Shown piece after piece: positions 38,497 to 48,880 of a stretch of DNA of 64,000 nt. A model generated the notes under the pieces. That model was not told the origin of the DNA and ran no database searches. It saw only the letters and a program-made list of their open reading frames with translations. The DNA comes from Bacteroidota bacterium. GTDB taxonomy: Bacteria > Bacteroidota > Bacteroidia > J057 > JAJTIE01. The stretch covers positions 2,120 through 66,119 of the forward strand of contig JAJTIE010000021.1 in the NCBI GenBank assembly GCA_021300195.1. The letters run 5' to 3'. Position 1 is the stretch's first letter. Every line of letters begins with the position of its first letter. The position numbers and the translations under genes were made by a program.

Positions 38497-39734
38497 ATGA
38501 GAAAACCCTACCCCACTACCTGCCTGCTTGCCTGGCTTTTTATGTTATTGGCTAGCCTGGCCATCCAGCCCGCCGCATGGGGCCAGTCGCTGCTGCTGCA
38601 GGCAGACGCACCCAGGCCCACCACCCGAGACACGGCATACAGTGCAGCCACCACCGCCCCAGGCCAAGCCGTAGGCCTACAGAAAAGCGCAGCAAGTGAG
38701 GTGCTGGTGGATACCTTATATAATAGTATCTTCCTACGCGCCTGTAGTAGTGGTGCCTTTATTGAGCGCTGAGGCCCTGAGCGGGTAAATCTTAACCAAA
38801 GCCTGCCCGATGAGGCCGACTCCATCGGGGTATTTGCCGAGTATGGCATGATTTTTCACCAGAAGTTTGAGCCGGATGGATTCCCTACGGCCTATGTTAC
38901 GGGGGTGTACATTGCCTATACGGACAGTTCGGAAAAAGTGGGGACTACAGCTCAGGACTTTCCGGTTACGCTCTACGACGTGGCAGAGTCTGGCCCCGGT
39001 TCTTATCAAATCACCCCTGCTGCACGCACTTTTATCAACCACGACGAGCGGGCCGAGCTGCAGGTGCTGAATGAAAACTGGGAGCCCGACGTGCTGGATG
39101 TATACGATGAAGGAAGCCGGGTAGACTTTGACCAGCCCTATCTGGTCTTGAATGGAAGGTTCATGATCTCGGCTTCCATTCTCAGCTTCAACACAAGTAC
39201 CGGCACCTATGCAGACGATACCGTGGGGCTAGCCTTTGTGCGTGCCCGAAACCTGTGCGACCCGGATAGTGCCACCGACTTTGTGGGCCTGATTCTCCGG
39301 CAGAGCACCTACAACATCCCCACCTTCCCCACTACCCTGCGGAACCTGTATGGCTGGCGCTTCTACCGGACGTTTTACAACGACACGAAAGACTTTACAG
39401 GCCCAGTTATGGTGCCCATCCTGTCTCAGCCCGCAGTGAGCCGCGAAGGGGCCTACAGGCTGAGTGCTGTCGGCCTGGACCTGTATGCACACTACCCCAC
39501 AACCCCACCGTGGCAGGCACCACCTTAAAATACGCACTGGCCCGGCCGGGCCAGGCTAGCCTGCGCATACTGGACCCGCAAGGGCGCACAATAAGGCAGA
39601 TACAAAACATGCCTGCACAGCAGGGACTCAACACGCAGTATGTAGACCTGAGCATGCTGCCCTGTGGCCTATACACCTATGTGCTGGAGACCACACAGGG
39701 CACCCTGGCTAGCCAGCTCAGCATCGCAAATTAA
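38497..39734 (+). pseudogene. T9SS cargo gene interrupted by an in-frame TGA and a frameshift
   Basis: Three track ORFs supply a signal peptide (38497-38772), a body (same frame, open 38773-39528) and a T9SS CTD (39510-39734, other frame). It is a paralog of the next gene. Confidence 0.6.
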
Positions 39735-39807
39735 ACTTCATCAGATCTTCACAAAAGAGAAAAAAAATTCTTGTAGATTTACGGTTAAGAAAAAATTAAC
39801 TCATCCC

Positions 39808-41103
39808 ATGAAAAGAATTCTATTTCTAGCTTGTCTATTAGCAGGGGGGCATTTATTCGCACAAAATGAGCTTCCTATCTCAGTGAAAGTGCTGGACGTG
39901 TATCCCCAGCGGCCAGCAGAGGCATACACCCAGGCCGCTGCCCTCAACAAAACCCAGGCCACTTTTGAGGTTACAGACTCCGTTGCGTTCAAGCTCTGCC
40001 GGCAGCGGATTAACGACAACGCTGTAAACCTGGAAACCCTGCTGGGGGTTGCACGGGTTCAGTACCCAACTACCCAAAGAGGCTATGCAGCCGGAACCGG
40101 GGGCAGTGTTACGGCAGGTGGTGCCTACGTGAGTGGCTTTTACAGCCTGCAGAACTTTAACAACTCCTTCATTAATGCAAATGCCCTCAAAAATTCGACT
40201 GTAGACCAGGCCTTTGTGAAAGAAATCATCTTTCCATCGCTCGGAGGCGTGGCAAACTATCGGGCCGTAAAGGTAGGAACCCCCGATCCGCTCTACATCC
40301 GCTTCTACGGAGTAGGTGGACAGTTCGCCGCTGTCTCCCAAACTATCCCCAGCACCTCAAATCAGATAAATCTACCCGCCTCTCGGGGTATAAATCTAAA
40401 CCAAGTATATGGCCAAGTAAACTTTACGGTGGATGACCTGCTGTTGATCCAGAACGAGCAGCACCGTATCCTGCTGGATAACCCCATACAGGTACCCGAT
40501 AGCTTTTGGGTATATGTACAAGTAGACAGCACTGCCGGCACTATGGACGACACGCTGGCACCAGGCCTACTGGAGGCACAGCTACTTTTGCTAAGAAATC
40601 CGCCCAATCCCCTAATAAACGATACCATGGTTTGCGGTGCCGACTTCCGGAGCGCCTACCAACTTAGAGAGTCGAATGGTGCATTGTCAGGCGTACCTAT
40701 CCGGATCCCAACCCTTCAAGTAGGCGGAGGTGTTAACGCTACCTTCCCCTATAACTTTTTGAATACGAACATTGCGCTCTACCTGGTGTATGAGTATGAT
40801 CCCCCGGTATCGCGCACCGAGCGCAAGGCAATTGGCCAGGGATCCTTCGCCCTGTATAGCCCCTACCCCAACCCCGCGCATACCAAGCTGAACCTGAAGT
40901 ACGAACTGGCCTACACCGGCGGTGTTACCATACGCGTAATGAATAACCAGCTGCAGACCGTGACGGAGGTAAACCTGCCCAACCAGCCAGCCGGCAGCTA
41001 CAACTACGACCTGAACACCAGCGACTACGCAGCAGGATCCTACTACGTACAGATGTTCCACGACGGGAATGTAATCACGCAAAAAGTGCAAGTGGTGCGC
41101 TAG
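39808..41103 (+). CDS. uncharacterised secreted protein with T9SS C-terminal sorting domain
   Basis: Start at the ATG at 39808 (MKRILFLACLLAGGHLFAQ). C-terminal LYSPYPNPAHTKLNLKY...GSYYVQM...QKVQVVR. Confidence 0.7.
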   Translation: MKRILFLACLLAGGHLFAQNELPISVKVLDVYPQRPAEAYTQAAALNKTQATFEVTDSVAFKLCRQRINDNAVNLETLLGVARVQYPTTQRGYAAGTGGSVTAGGAYVSGFYSLQNFNNSFINANALKNSTVDQAFVKEIIFPSLGGVANYRAVKVGTPDPLYIRFYGVGGQFAAVSQTIPSTSNQINLPASRGINLNQVYGQVNFTVDDLLLIQNEQHRILLDNPIQVPDSFWVYVQVDSTAGTMDDTLAPGLLEAQLLLLRNPPNPLINDTMVCGADFRSAYQLRESNGALSGVPIRIPTLQVGGGVNATFPYNFLNTNIALYLVYEYDPPVSRTERKAIGQGSFALYSPYPNPAHTKLNLKYELAYTGGVTIRVMNNQLQTVTEVNLPNQPAGSYNYDLNTSDYAAGSYYVQMFHDGNVITQKVQVVR

Positions 41104-41135
41104 TTTTCATTTCACCTGCTTGTGTTAAATAAAAA

Positions 41136-41161
41136 GGGGGACGAAGTAGTCCCCCTTTTTA
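41136..41161 (+). terminator. rho-independent terminator
   Basis: Stem gggggac/gtccccc (7 bp), 6-nt loop, T5, preceded by A5. Confidence 0.65.
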
Positions 41162-41271
41162 TTTGAGTAGAAAACACCGCTTATTTAGCCTCATTCTAAA
41201 TTTCACCTACATCTAACAGCCCTACTACAAAAGCTGTTATACTTATACGACGAATCCAAAACCCGAAACCC

Positions 41272-41772
41272 ATGCCTATCTCATCTGAAATACAAAAGCT
41301 GCTGAATGACCAGATAAACCTGGAGCTGCACTCTGCTAATCAATACCTGTGTATAGCCAGCCACTTCATAGACGAAGAGCTGGTAGGGATAGGCAATTTC
41401 TTTCTGCTGCAAAGCCAGGAGGAGAATGGCCATGCCATGAAGCAGTTTGACTACCTGCATGCCGTAGGCGGCAAGTTTGCCCTGGGAGACCTGAAGGCAC
41501 CCGAGCAAAAATTTGGCGGTTACCTGGATGTATTCCGCCTGGCCCTGAAGCTGGAAGAGCGGGTTACAGCCTCCATCTACAACATTGTAGACCAAGCCCA
41601 GAAGCAGAAAGACTTTGCGACCTACACCTTCTTCGAGTGGTTTGTAACTGAGCAGGTGGAGGAAGAAAGCACCCTGCACCAGCTTATCCGAAAACTGGAG
41701 ATGATAGGCGACAATACCAGTGCCCTCTTCCTGTTCGACCAAGAGCTGGGCAGCCGCAAAGCGGGTGCCTGA
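41272..41772 (+). CDS. non-haem ferritin
   Basis: 166 aa with LNDQINLELHSANQYL and QEENGHAMK, which carry the ferroxidase-centre residues. Confidence 0.9.
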   Translation: MPISSEIQKLLNDQINLELHSANQYLCIASHFIDEELVGIGNFFLLQSQEENGHAMKQFDYLHAVGGKFALGDLKAPEQKFGGYLDVFRLALKLEERVTASIYNIVDQAQKQKDFATYTFFEWFVTEQVEEESTLHQLIRKLEMIGDNTSALFLFDQELGSRKAGA

Positions 41773-42596
41773 TGCAGCGCATACTGCCGCCGGGAACAGC
41801 GGTGATGCTGCTGCACGAAGCTGCCAGGGGTGTGGTACGATCCTTCGTTCCACCCAATCGCTACCTGGTGGAGGTGGATGGGCTGGAGATGGAGTTCCAC
41901 CAGGATGAACTGCTAGCTGAAGCCCTTGGCCTACGAGCAGAGAAAGCCGTGGGCCAGCCCGACTATCCGCCTACACTTGTGCTGGTACAGCAGGATGACA
42001 AGCTAGGGCTGTACAACGGGCTGGGCTATACCCTGGAGGGATATGCGTACCTGCCCGAGCCCATGGCCATACGCCTGGCCCCGGCCGGCACACAGCCGCT
42101 GCCCGTGCAGGCCCTAAATGCGGCAAAGCTGACCGTGGATGCCGTGCTGCTCAGCACGCAGGGCATGCCCCCGCCCCCAGCACGCTATACCTATAAGCTG
42201 GCCAAAAGCCACAAGCAGCAAACGGACTGGACCCTGGTACCCGAGGCCTATATACCCACCGGCCTACCCCAGCCAAAGCCCGCAGACCTGCCCACACCCA
42301 GGCCTACGGCGCTCCCGCCTGCATTTGCAGAGGTGGACCTGCACCTGGAGGCCCTTACCGAAACCCAGCTGGATGTGCTGGATGCCCTGGGGCTACAGCT
42401 AAGGGCATATGAGCAAGCCGTGGAGGATGCACAGGCGCAGGGCTGCAAGGGCATAATCCTGATACATGGCGTAGGCCAGGGGGTGCTGCGGGCCGAAATA
42501 TGGAAACGGCTGAAAGAACGCACCGATGTAAGGACGTATCAGCTAGACAGCTCGGGGCGATTCGGCCAGGGTGCCACACGAGTCCAGTTCAAATAG
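41772..42596 (+). CDS. Smr (small MutS-related) domain protein
   Basis: The C-terminal EVDLHLE...GIILIHGVGQGVLRAEIWKRL is an Smr domain. The ATG overlaps the ferritin TGA (TGATG). Confidence 0.75.
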   Translation: MQRILPPGTAVMLLHEAARGVVRSFVPPNRYLVEVDGLEMEFHQDELLAEALGLRAEKAVGQPDYPPTLVLVQQDDKLGLYNGLGYTLEGYAYLPEPMAIRLAPAGTQPLPVQALNAAKLTVDAVLLSTQGMPPPPARYTYKLAKSHKQQTDWTLVPEAYIPTGLPQPKPADLPTPRPTALPPAFAEVDLHLEALTETQLDVLDALGLQLRAYEQAVEDAQAQGCKGIILIHGVGQGVLRAEIWKRLKERTDVRTYQLDSSGRFGQGATRVQFK

Positions 42597-42608
42597 TATC
42601 TTTGCCGG

Positions 42609-44045
42609 ATGAGGGAGCGTAAGCAGGCCTACCCGGAGGCGCTCACACATCCGCTATTTCGTGTTGTGAGTAATTGTGCCCAGGCACTGGGCCAGCCCGT
42701 GTACGTGGTTGGTGGCTATGTGCGAGACTTCGTGCTGGGAAAAGCGGTAAAAGACATCGACTTTGTAACCCTGGGCAGCGGCGTGCAGCTTGCCCAAAAA
42801 GTGGCCGAAGCCCTGACGCACACTAAGCTGGCAACCTATGACAACTTTGGCACTGCCCTGGTGGTGGTAGAGGACTATGAACTGGAGTTTGTAGGCGCAC
42901 GCAGGGAAAGCTATCGGAAAGACAGCCGCAAGCCTATAGTGGAAGACGGAACGCTGGAGGATGACCAGCTGCGTAGGGATTTTACCATCAACACACTCAG
43001 CCTGAGCCTGAACGAGCCAAACTATGGGCAGCTGGTCGACCCTTTTGACGGGCTCCGAGACCTGGCGGAAGGGATTATCCGTACACCCCGGGATCCCAAC
43101 CTTACCTTCTCAGACGACCCACTGCGCATGCTGCGTGCCATCCGCTTTGCCTGTCGCCTGGGCTATTACATAGAGCCGGAAGCCTATAAGGCCATTTATC
43201 AGCAGCGCGAGCGCATCCAGATCCTCAGCCAGGAACGCATTACCGATGAGGTAAACAAAATCCTGCTATGCGACAAGCCCAGCATAGGGCTATACCACCT
43301 GGAAAAAACCGGGCTACTACCCTACATCCTGCCCGAGCTGGAGGCCATGAAGGGGGTGGAAGAGGTAGCCGGGCAACGGCACAAAGACAACTTTCACCAT
43401 ACCCTGAAGGTGGTAGATAACCTGGCGGCCCTAAGCCCGAAGCTGTGGCTGCGCTGGGCAGCCCTGCTGCACGACATAGCCAAGCCCCTGACCAAGCGCT
43501 TCGAACCCGGCACGGGCTGGACCTTCCATGGGCACGAAGACAAAGGCGCACGCATGGTGCCCCACATCTTCCGGCGGCTAAAGCTGCCCCAGGGCGAAGC
43601 CATGCGCTATGTGCGAAACATGGTGCAGCTGCACCAGCGGCCCATTGCCCTGGTGAATGAGCAAGTAACCGATGCCGCCATGCGCCGGCTGGTGGTAGAT
43701 GCCGGCGAAGACCTGGCTGACCTGATGCTGCTCTGCCGGGCCGACATCACCACCCGAGACGAGAACCGAAAAAACCGATACCAGCGCAATTTTCGGAAGG
43801 TAGAAGAACGCATCATGGAGGTGCTGGAGAACGACCGGCTGCGAAACTGGCAACCCCCCATTACCGGCGAGCAGATTATTCAAGCCTATCAGCTAAAGCC
43901 GGGCCCCGCCGTAGGCCTTATCAAAAATGCCATACGAGAGGCAATCCTGGAGGGCGAGATTCCGAATGAGGAACAGGCAGCATTCGCCTATATGCAGCAG
44001 ATAGCCCCCGCGCTCATCGAACAGGCCGAACAGCTAGGCCGGTAG
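42609..44045 (+). CDS. cca: CCA-adding enzyme / poly(A) polymerase-family tRNA nucleotidyltransferase with HD domain
   Basis: VYVVGGYVRDFVLG...DIDF head domain, RDFTINTL, and the HD region HHTL...LLHDIAKP. Confidence 0.85.
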   Translation: MRERKQAYPEALTHPLFRVVSNCAQALGQPVYVVGGYVRDFVLGKAVKDIDFVTLGSGVQLAQKVAEALTHTKLATYDNFGTALVVVEDYELEFVGARRESYRKDSRKPIVEDGTLEDDQLRRDFTINTLSLSLNEPNYGQLVDPFDGLRDLAEGIIRTPRDPNLTFSDDPLRMLRAIRFACRLGYYIEPEAYKAIYQQRERIQILSQERITDEVNKILLCDKPSIGLYHLEKTGLLPYILPELEAMKGVEEVAGQRHKDNFHHTLKVVDNLAALSPKLWLRWAALLHDIAKPLTKRFEPGTGWTFHGHEDKGARMVPHIFRRLKLPQGEAMRYVRNMVQLHQRPIALVNEQVTDAAMRRLVVDAGEDLADLMLLCRADITTRDENRKNRYQRNFRKVEERIMEVLENDRLRNWQPPITGEQIIQAYQLKPGPAVGLIKNAIREAILEGEIPNEEQAAFAYMQQIAPALIEQAEQLGR

Positions 44046-44144
44046 ATTTCTTCCAAATACCCCCGGCACCAGGTCTACGCAGGGTATCGGCTCTGTACCC
44101 CGCACCTGTCATCCTTTACTTGTACCAGCGGGATGCACCCACGC

Positions 44145-45008
44145 CTAGGCAAGGCTAACCAAGAGGATGGCCACCATAGCCAGGCCTAGCCCCAGCCAGC
44201 TAAGGGGTGGGTAGTGCTCGCGAAAAAGGACAATGCCTGCAAGGCTAATGATAAGCAGCTGCCCCACATTGTTGAGGGGGAAAAAGAGCGTACCTGCTAC
44301 CTGGCGCAGGGCTAGCAGCAGCACAATGATGCTAAAGTAGTTGGGCACCCCCAGCACAAGGCCACTCAGGACGTTTCGCAGCTGGGGGCTACCCAGGCCC
44401 AGGCCCCAGCGGATGAGCAGCACCAGGCTACCCAGCACCGCCGCCACCCCAAAGAGGGTGATGGTAAACACAAACTCGGGCACCTGCTGGCCATAATAGT
44501 AGTCAAACACCTTTAGGTTCGTATCTGCCAGGCCTGTGCCAATCAGCAGAAGCAGGCTAAGCAGCAGCACGTGCTTCGCTTCCAGCTGTCCTGCACGCAG
44601 GTAGGGCAGGTGCAGCAGGTATACCGCTACAAAGGCGAGGCCCACACCCAGCCAGCGGGTCCAGGGCATGGCATCGCCGAAGAAGAGGAAGGATGCGAGC
44701 GTGGGCAGGATGACGCTCATCTTGCTCAGCATGCCTGCGTAGGCCAGGCCCACCCGCGTACTGGCATAGCCAATCAGGAAAAAGCTACCCAGAAAAAGGC
44801 CCCCCTGTAGCACAGCCAGCCCCCAGGCACCCGCCGGTAGCCGGGCAGCCCAGGCCCAATAGCCTGGGGTGATGGCGAGGCCAATAAGCACACACACCCA
44901 GTAGTTGAAAACTACGGTCTGCAACACATGGACCCGGTAGCGCCTGAGCACCCGAAACAAGATGACCAGCAAGCTGGAGAGCAGGATGGAGAGCAGTGTC
45001 CAGCCCAA
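44145..45008 (-). CDS. DMT/EamA-like membrane transporter
   Basis: 287 aa with about 10 hydrophobic segments arranged as two similar halves. Confidence 0.65.
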   Translation of the reverse strand: MGWTLLSILLSSLLVILFRVLRRYRVHVLQTVVFNYWVCVLIGLAITPGYWAWAARLPAGAWGLAVLQGGLFLGSFFLIGYASTRVGLAYAGMLSKMSVILPTLASFLFFGDAMPWTRWLGVGLAFVAVYLLHLPYLRAGQLEAKHVLLLSLLLLIGTGLADTNLKVFDYYYGQQVPEFVFTITLFGVAAVLGSLVLLIRWGLGLGSPQLRNVLSGLVLGVPNYFSIIVLLLALRQVAGTLFFPLNNVGQLLIISLAGIVLFREHYPPLSWLGLGLAMVAILLVSLA

Positions 45009-45110
45009 GGTAGTATTGATTTCTAGCTAAACGGGTAGATGCACGGCAGTAGCTGGGCAGCCTGGGCCCTGGGGTACCCGGCACCGTATACTACCGGGCG
45101 GGCAAAGCGG

Positions 45111-46163
45111 CTAGCTGCGGCTGGCATACTGGCGCGCATAGTACTGGCGGTAGGTACCCTCCACAATGTGCTTTACCCAGGCCTCATTTTCCAGGTACCA
45201 GTCTATGGTTCGGCTCAGCCCTTCGGGGAACTGTATTTTTGGTGTCCAGCCCAGTTCTTGCGCTATCTTTCCGGCATCTATGGCATAGCGTAGGTCGTGC
45301 CCGGGCCGGTCTGTAACAAAGCGGATCAGCTGTCGGCCTGTTCCGGCAGGCTTGCCCAGTTTTTCATCCATCTGGTCGCACAGCAGGTGCACCAGGTCCA
45401 GGTTCTTCCATTCATTGTGGCCACCTATGTTATAGGTTTCCAGGTTCTTGCCCTGGTGCAGGATCAGGTCTATGGCCTCGCAGTGGTCACCCACCCACAG
45501 CCAGTCGCGTATGTTTTCGCCCTTGCCATACACAGGCAGGGGTTTCCCCTCGCGTATGTGGTGGATCATGAGGGGGATCAGTTTTTCGGGAAACTGATAG
45601 GGGCCATAGTTGTTGCTACAGTTGCTCAGGCGCACCGGCAGCCCGTAGGTATGGCCATAGGCCCGTACAAAGTGGTCGCTACTGGCCTTGCTGGCGCTGT
45701 AGGGGCTACGGGGGTCGTAGGGGGTGGTTTCGGTAAAGAAGCCCTCGGCGCCCAGGCTACCATACACTTCGTCGGTACTGATGTGGTAGAAAAGCACATC
45801 CGTGCGGCCCTGCCAGTATTGGCGGGCTTCATTCAGCAGGGTAACCGTGCCCAGCACGTTGGTTTTCACAAACGCCAGGGGGTCTAGTATGCTGCGGTCT
45901 ACATGGCTCTCGGCCGCCAGGTTCAGGATGGTATCGATCTCGTAGGTCTCCAGCAGGCTGCGAATCGCATCCGCATCGGTAATATCGGCCTTACAGAAGG
46001 TGTAGTTGGGTGCCTGCTCCACATCGCGCAGGTTCTCCAGGTTGCCCGCATAGGTAAGGGCATCCAGGTTGTAGATGTGGTAGTTTGGATACTTATTGAC
46101 TAGCAGCCGAACCAGGTGAGAGCCAATAAAGCCCGCACCGCCTGTTAGTAGGATACGTTTCAT
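45111..46163 (-). CDS. rfbB: dTDP-glucose 4,6-dehydratase
   Basis: [25 protein letters not shown] (YxxxK) and [17 protein letters not shown]. Confidence 0.95.
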   Translation of the reverse strand: MKRILLTGGAGFIGSHLVRLLVNKYPNYHIYNLDALTYAGNLENLRDVEQAPNYTFCKADITDADAIRSLLETYEIDTILNLAAESHVDRSILDPLAFVKTNVLGTVTLLNEARQYWQGRTDVLFYHISTDEVYGSLGAEGFFTETTPYDPRSPYSASKASSDHFVRAYGHTYGLPVRLSNCSNNYGPYQFPEKLIPLMIHHIREGKPLPVYGKGENIRDWLWVGDHCEAIDLILHQGKNLETYNIGGHNEWKNLDLVHLLCDQMDEKLGKPAGTGRQLIRFVTDRPGHDLRYAIDAGKIAQELGWTPKIQFPEGLSRTIDWYLENEAWVKHIVEGTYRQYYARQYASRS

Positions 46164-46167
46164 ACTG

Positions 46168-46175
46168 CAAAAATA
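46168..46175 (-). promoter_or_regulatory. candidate -7 box TATTTTTG immediately upstream of rfbB (near-leaderless)
   Basis: Perfect TAnnTTTG on the minus strand, ending 4 nt before the ATG at 46163. Confidence 0.3.
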
Positions 46176-46326
46176 CGCATTATCTGCTTTGCGCTACAGA
46201 CATGGGCCCTGTATGCCGCGCACATGGTACCGCCCTGCACCCGTAGTGCTGCACGCCACCTGCCAGCCACAACGGGGGGGGGCAGATACAGGCGGGAATG
46301 ATTTTCTAGTTAACTTCACTTTTTGT

Positions 46327-48642
46327 ATGAGAACCCTGCCTGCGGTCGTACTGTGCAGTATGCTGATCCTGGTACCTATGCACCGGGGTATGGCCCAGCG
46401 GGTGGGGCTAGTGCTGAGCGGCGGCGGGGGCCTGGGTATGGCACATGTGGGCGTTATCAAGGCCCTGGAGGAGGCGGGCATCCCCATAGACTGCATTACG
46501 GGCACGTCCTCGGGCGCACTGATAGGCGGGCTGTACGCCGCCGGCTACACGCCAGACTGGATTGAGCAGTTTGTAAAAACCGAGGCACAGTCCTGGCTGG
46601 CCCCGGGCTGGGTGCTACAAGAGGCAGACTACCTGAACCGTACGGACCGAGACGGCACCTTTGTATCCGTACCCTTCACCCTACAGGGCAATAAGTTTCA
46701 GCTACCCGAGCAGCTCATTTCCGATTTTGAGCTCAACCTCCGGCTAGCACAGTACCTAAGCCCGGCCAGTGGGGCCGCGCGCGACAATTTCGACAGCCTC
46801 TTCGTCCCATTCCGTGCCATGGCTGCGGATATCTTTGATAAAAGGGCCATTAAGCTGAAGCAAGGCTCGCTGGCCTTTGCGGTGCGGGCCTCTATCGCGG
46901 TGCCCCTATTTTTTGCCCCGGCCAGAAATGAAGAACACGCCTATTTGTTTGATGGTGGCATTTACGACAACTTCCCCATACGGGCTATGCAAGAGGACTT
47001 TGAGCCCGACGTGATCCTGGGGGTGCATGTGGGGGGGGCCACCATATCCAAGCGAGAGCGGATGCAGAGTGGCCGCTTTGTGCGCGAGCTGCTGTCTCAG
47101 AGTGTAATGGACAATGAAACCTGGCAAAAGATGGGGGCCAATAGCCTGCTGATTATGCCCCAGCTGGGGGAAATGAGTAGTACGGACTTCAGTGTGCCAT
47201 CTATCGAGCAGGCAATCCGACAGGGCTACGAGGCTGCCAGGGTCATGATGCCCGAAATCCGCAAACTAGTGGCACGCCGCACCTCGGCCCGGCAGCTGCA
47301 GCAGGCACGTGCGGCATTTGAGGCCAGCAAACCCCCGCTACAGCTGGTTGAAGTCCGACTGCTGGGGGTAAATGCCGGCGAACGAAGCTTCTTAAAACGC
47401 ATACTAGACCTGCAACCTGGGCCCATAAATTTTGATAAAATAGAGCGTGCCTACCTGCGTATTCGCACCGATGCCAACTATGCGGGCATTTTTCCTGAAC
47501 TAATCTACGATCCGGAACGGGGGGGCTTTATCCTTAAATTTAACATCAACCCATCGGTAAAGCTCAGTTTCAAGTTTGGTGCCAGTTTTTTTACCCCTTC
47601 TGATTATCAGCTACAGCTGGGGGCACGCTTCCGGGGCATCAGTGTAGTGGGGTATGAGCTGGGGGCAGACCTGGTGAACGGGACGTTTACCAGCCAGGCA
47701 CATATTTTTGGGCGCATCCGCTTCCCCACACGGCTACCGCTCAGCTTCGCACTGCACAACCGGCTGTCGAACTGGGAACTTCAGAAGCCAGGCTTTACCC
47801 TCCGGGCCGGAGAAAAATCGGCAGATATTTCGCAGAGTGTGTTCGAGCTAAGACCCGAGCTAAACCTGCGGCTCGGAAAGAATGTGGGCCAGCTGGCAGC
47901 AGGCTATGTATTACAAGACATTGATTATTTGTACTTCAATCAAGAAGTGGGGAATCAAAACGATACCCTGGACCGAACAGAACTTAGTGGAGGGGGTATC
48001 TTTTTCCGCTATGAGCTAAACCAGCTAAACCGAAAAATGTATGCCGACAAAGGCCAGTCGCTCCGGTTCTCTACCTTCTACATGGATATGAAGGAGAGCT
48101 ATGATGAGGATGACATATCCACCCTGTTCTGGGCGCACCACCGCTGGCTGCATACTAGCCTTAGCTATGTCAACTATTTCAAAATCCTAAGGAGTGGGGT
48201 GCTGGGCTTCAGTGTAGATGCGGGTTTTAGTACCCTGCCCAACCTGTATGCCCCCACGGCTACCGTGCTTAGCAGTCCGCTTTTCCTGCCGCTACAGGAT
48301 AGCCCCCTGCTTTTCATTCCGGAGCTATACAGCAGGGCCTTTGCCGCACCCGGCTTTCTGGGCGTGTACACCGTGGCGAAAAACCTGCAGTTGCGCGGGC
48401 AGGTGCACTACATGCAGTCTTTTCACGATACCAAAACCACGAGCCGCGTAACCGACCGTACCCTGGTGCTGGAGCCTGATAACCGGATAATCGTAGCGGG
48501 TGGGGGCCTGGTGTACCACACCAAGGTAGGGCCTATAGCCCTGATGGCCAGCTACTACGATCACGACCTGGAAGACCAGGATCAGGTTCGGATCATTGCG
48601 CATATCGGGTATCTGCTGTTTGGCCGTGGAATCTGGGACTAG
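46327..48642 (+). CDS. patatin-like phospholipase fused to an Omp85/surface-antigen-like beta-barrel
   Basis: Start at the ATG at 46327. [22 protein letters not shown] (GxSxG) and FDGGIYDN (catalytic Asp). The C-terminal ~350 aa has alternating beta-strand character and ends in an aromatic-rich strand. Confidence 0.8.
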   Translation: MRTLPAVVLCSMLILVPMHRGMAQRVGLVLSGGGGLGMAHVGVIKALEEAGIPIDCITGTSSGALIGGLYAAGYTPDWIEQFVKTEAQSWLAPGWVLQEADYLNRTDRDGTFVSVPFTLQGNKFQLPEQLISDFELNLRLAQYLSPASGAARDNFDSLFVPFRAMAADIFDKRAIKLKQGSLAFAVRASIAVPLFFAPARNEEHAYLFDGGIYDNFPIRAMQEDFEPDVILGVHVGGATISKRERMQSGRFVRELLSQSVMDNETWQKMGANSLLIMPQLGEMSSTDFSVPSIEQAIRQGYEAARVMMPEIRKLVARRTSARQLQQARAAFEASKPPLQLVEVRLLGVNAGERSFLKRILDLQPGPINFDKIERAYLRIRTDANYAGIFPELIYDPERGGFILKFNINPSVKLSFKFGASFFTPSDYQLQLGARFRGISVVGYELGADLVNGTFTSQAHIFGRIRFPTRLPLSFALHNRLSNWELQKPGFTLRAGEKSADISQSVFELRPELNLRLGKNVGQLAAGYVLQDIDYLYFNQEVGNQNDTLDRTELSGGGIFFRYELNQLNRKMYADKGQSLRFSTFYMDMKESYDEDDISTLFWAHHRWLHTSLSYVNYFKILRSGVLGFSVDAGFSTLPNLYAPTATVLSSPLFLPLQDSPLLFIPELYSRAFAAPGFLGVYTVAKNLQLRGQVHYMQSFHDTKTTSRVTDRTLVLEPDNRIIVAGGGLVYHTKVGPIALMASYYDHDLEDQDQVRIIAHIGYLLFGRGIWD

Positions 48643-48731
48643 CCGGAACCTGGCAGAAGCCAGGCCACCCAACCACTAGGTGCAGCGTGCTGATTGGCCG
48701 CACACAGGTAGCAAACAGACTGGTTTAAAAT

Positions 48732-48761
48732 GCAAAGAGAGGGCCTTCGCCCCCTCTTTGC
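48732..48761 (-). terminator. hairpin between convergent patatin and clpB genes
   Basis: 11-bp stem with one mismatch (gcaaagagaggg / ccccctctttgc). On the minus strand it is followed by ATTTTAAA. Confidence 0.4.
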
Positions 48762-48880
48762 ACACTAACCTAACTAACTACTTACTTACTAACACCAATA
48801 AAACGGCTGAAACCTATATTTTGTTGCATTCAAATAGGTAAAGTTTAGCCTGAGGGGAACACCGGCGCAGCAGTTGCGGA

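Noticed and set aside
38770-38772. Could the in-frame TGA in the T9SS cargo gene encode selenocysteine?
   Set aside because: I can fold no SECIS-like hairpin immediately downstream. The local context (FIER*GPER) is not a redox or Cys-type site, and no sel genes lie in the window. The same gene also carries a frameshift, which fits decay.
38456-41270. Could the lower-GC T9SS cargo region be a horizontally acquired island or mobile element?
   Set aside because: I could see no integrase, transposase, flanking tRNA, or terminal direct or inverted repeats. The lower GC may simply reflect relaxed selection on accessory secreted proteins.
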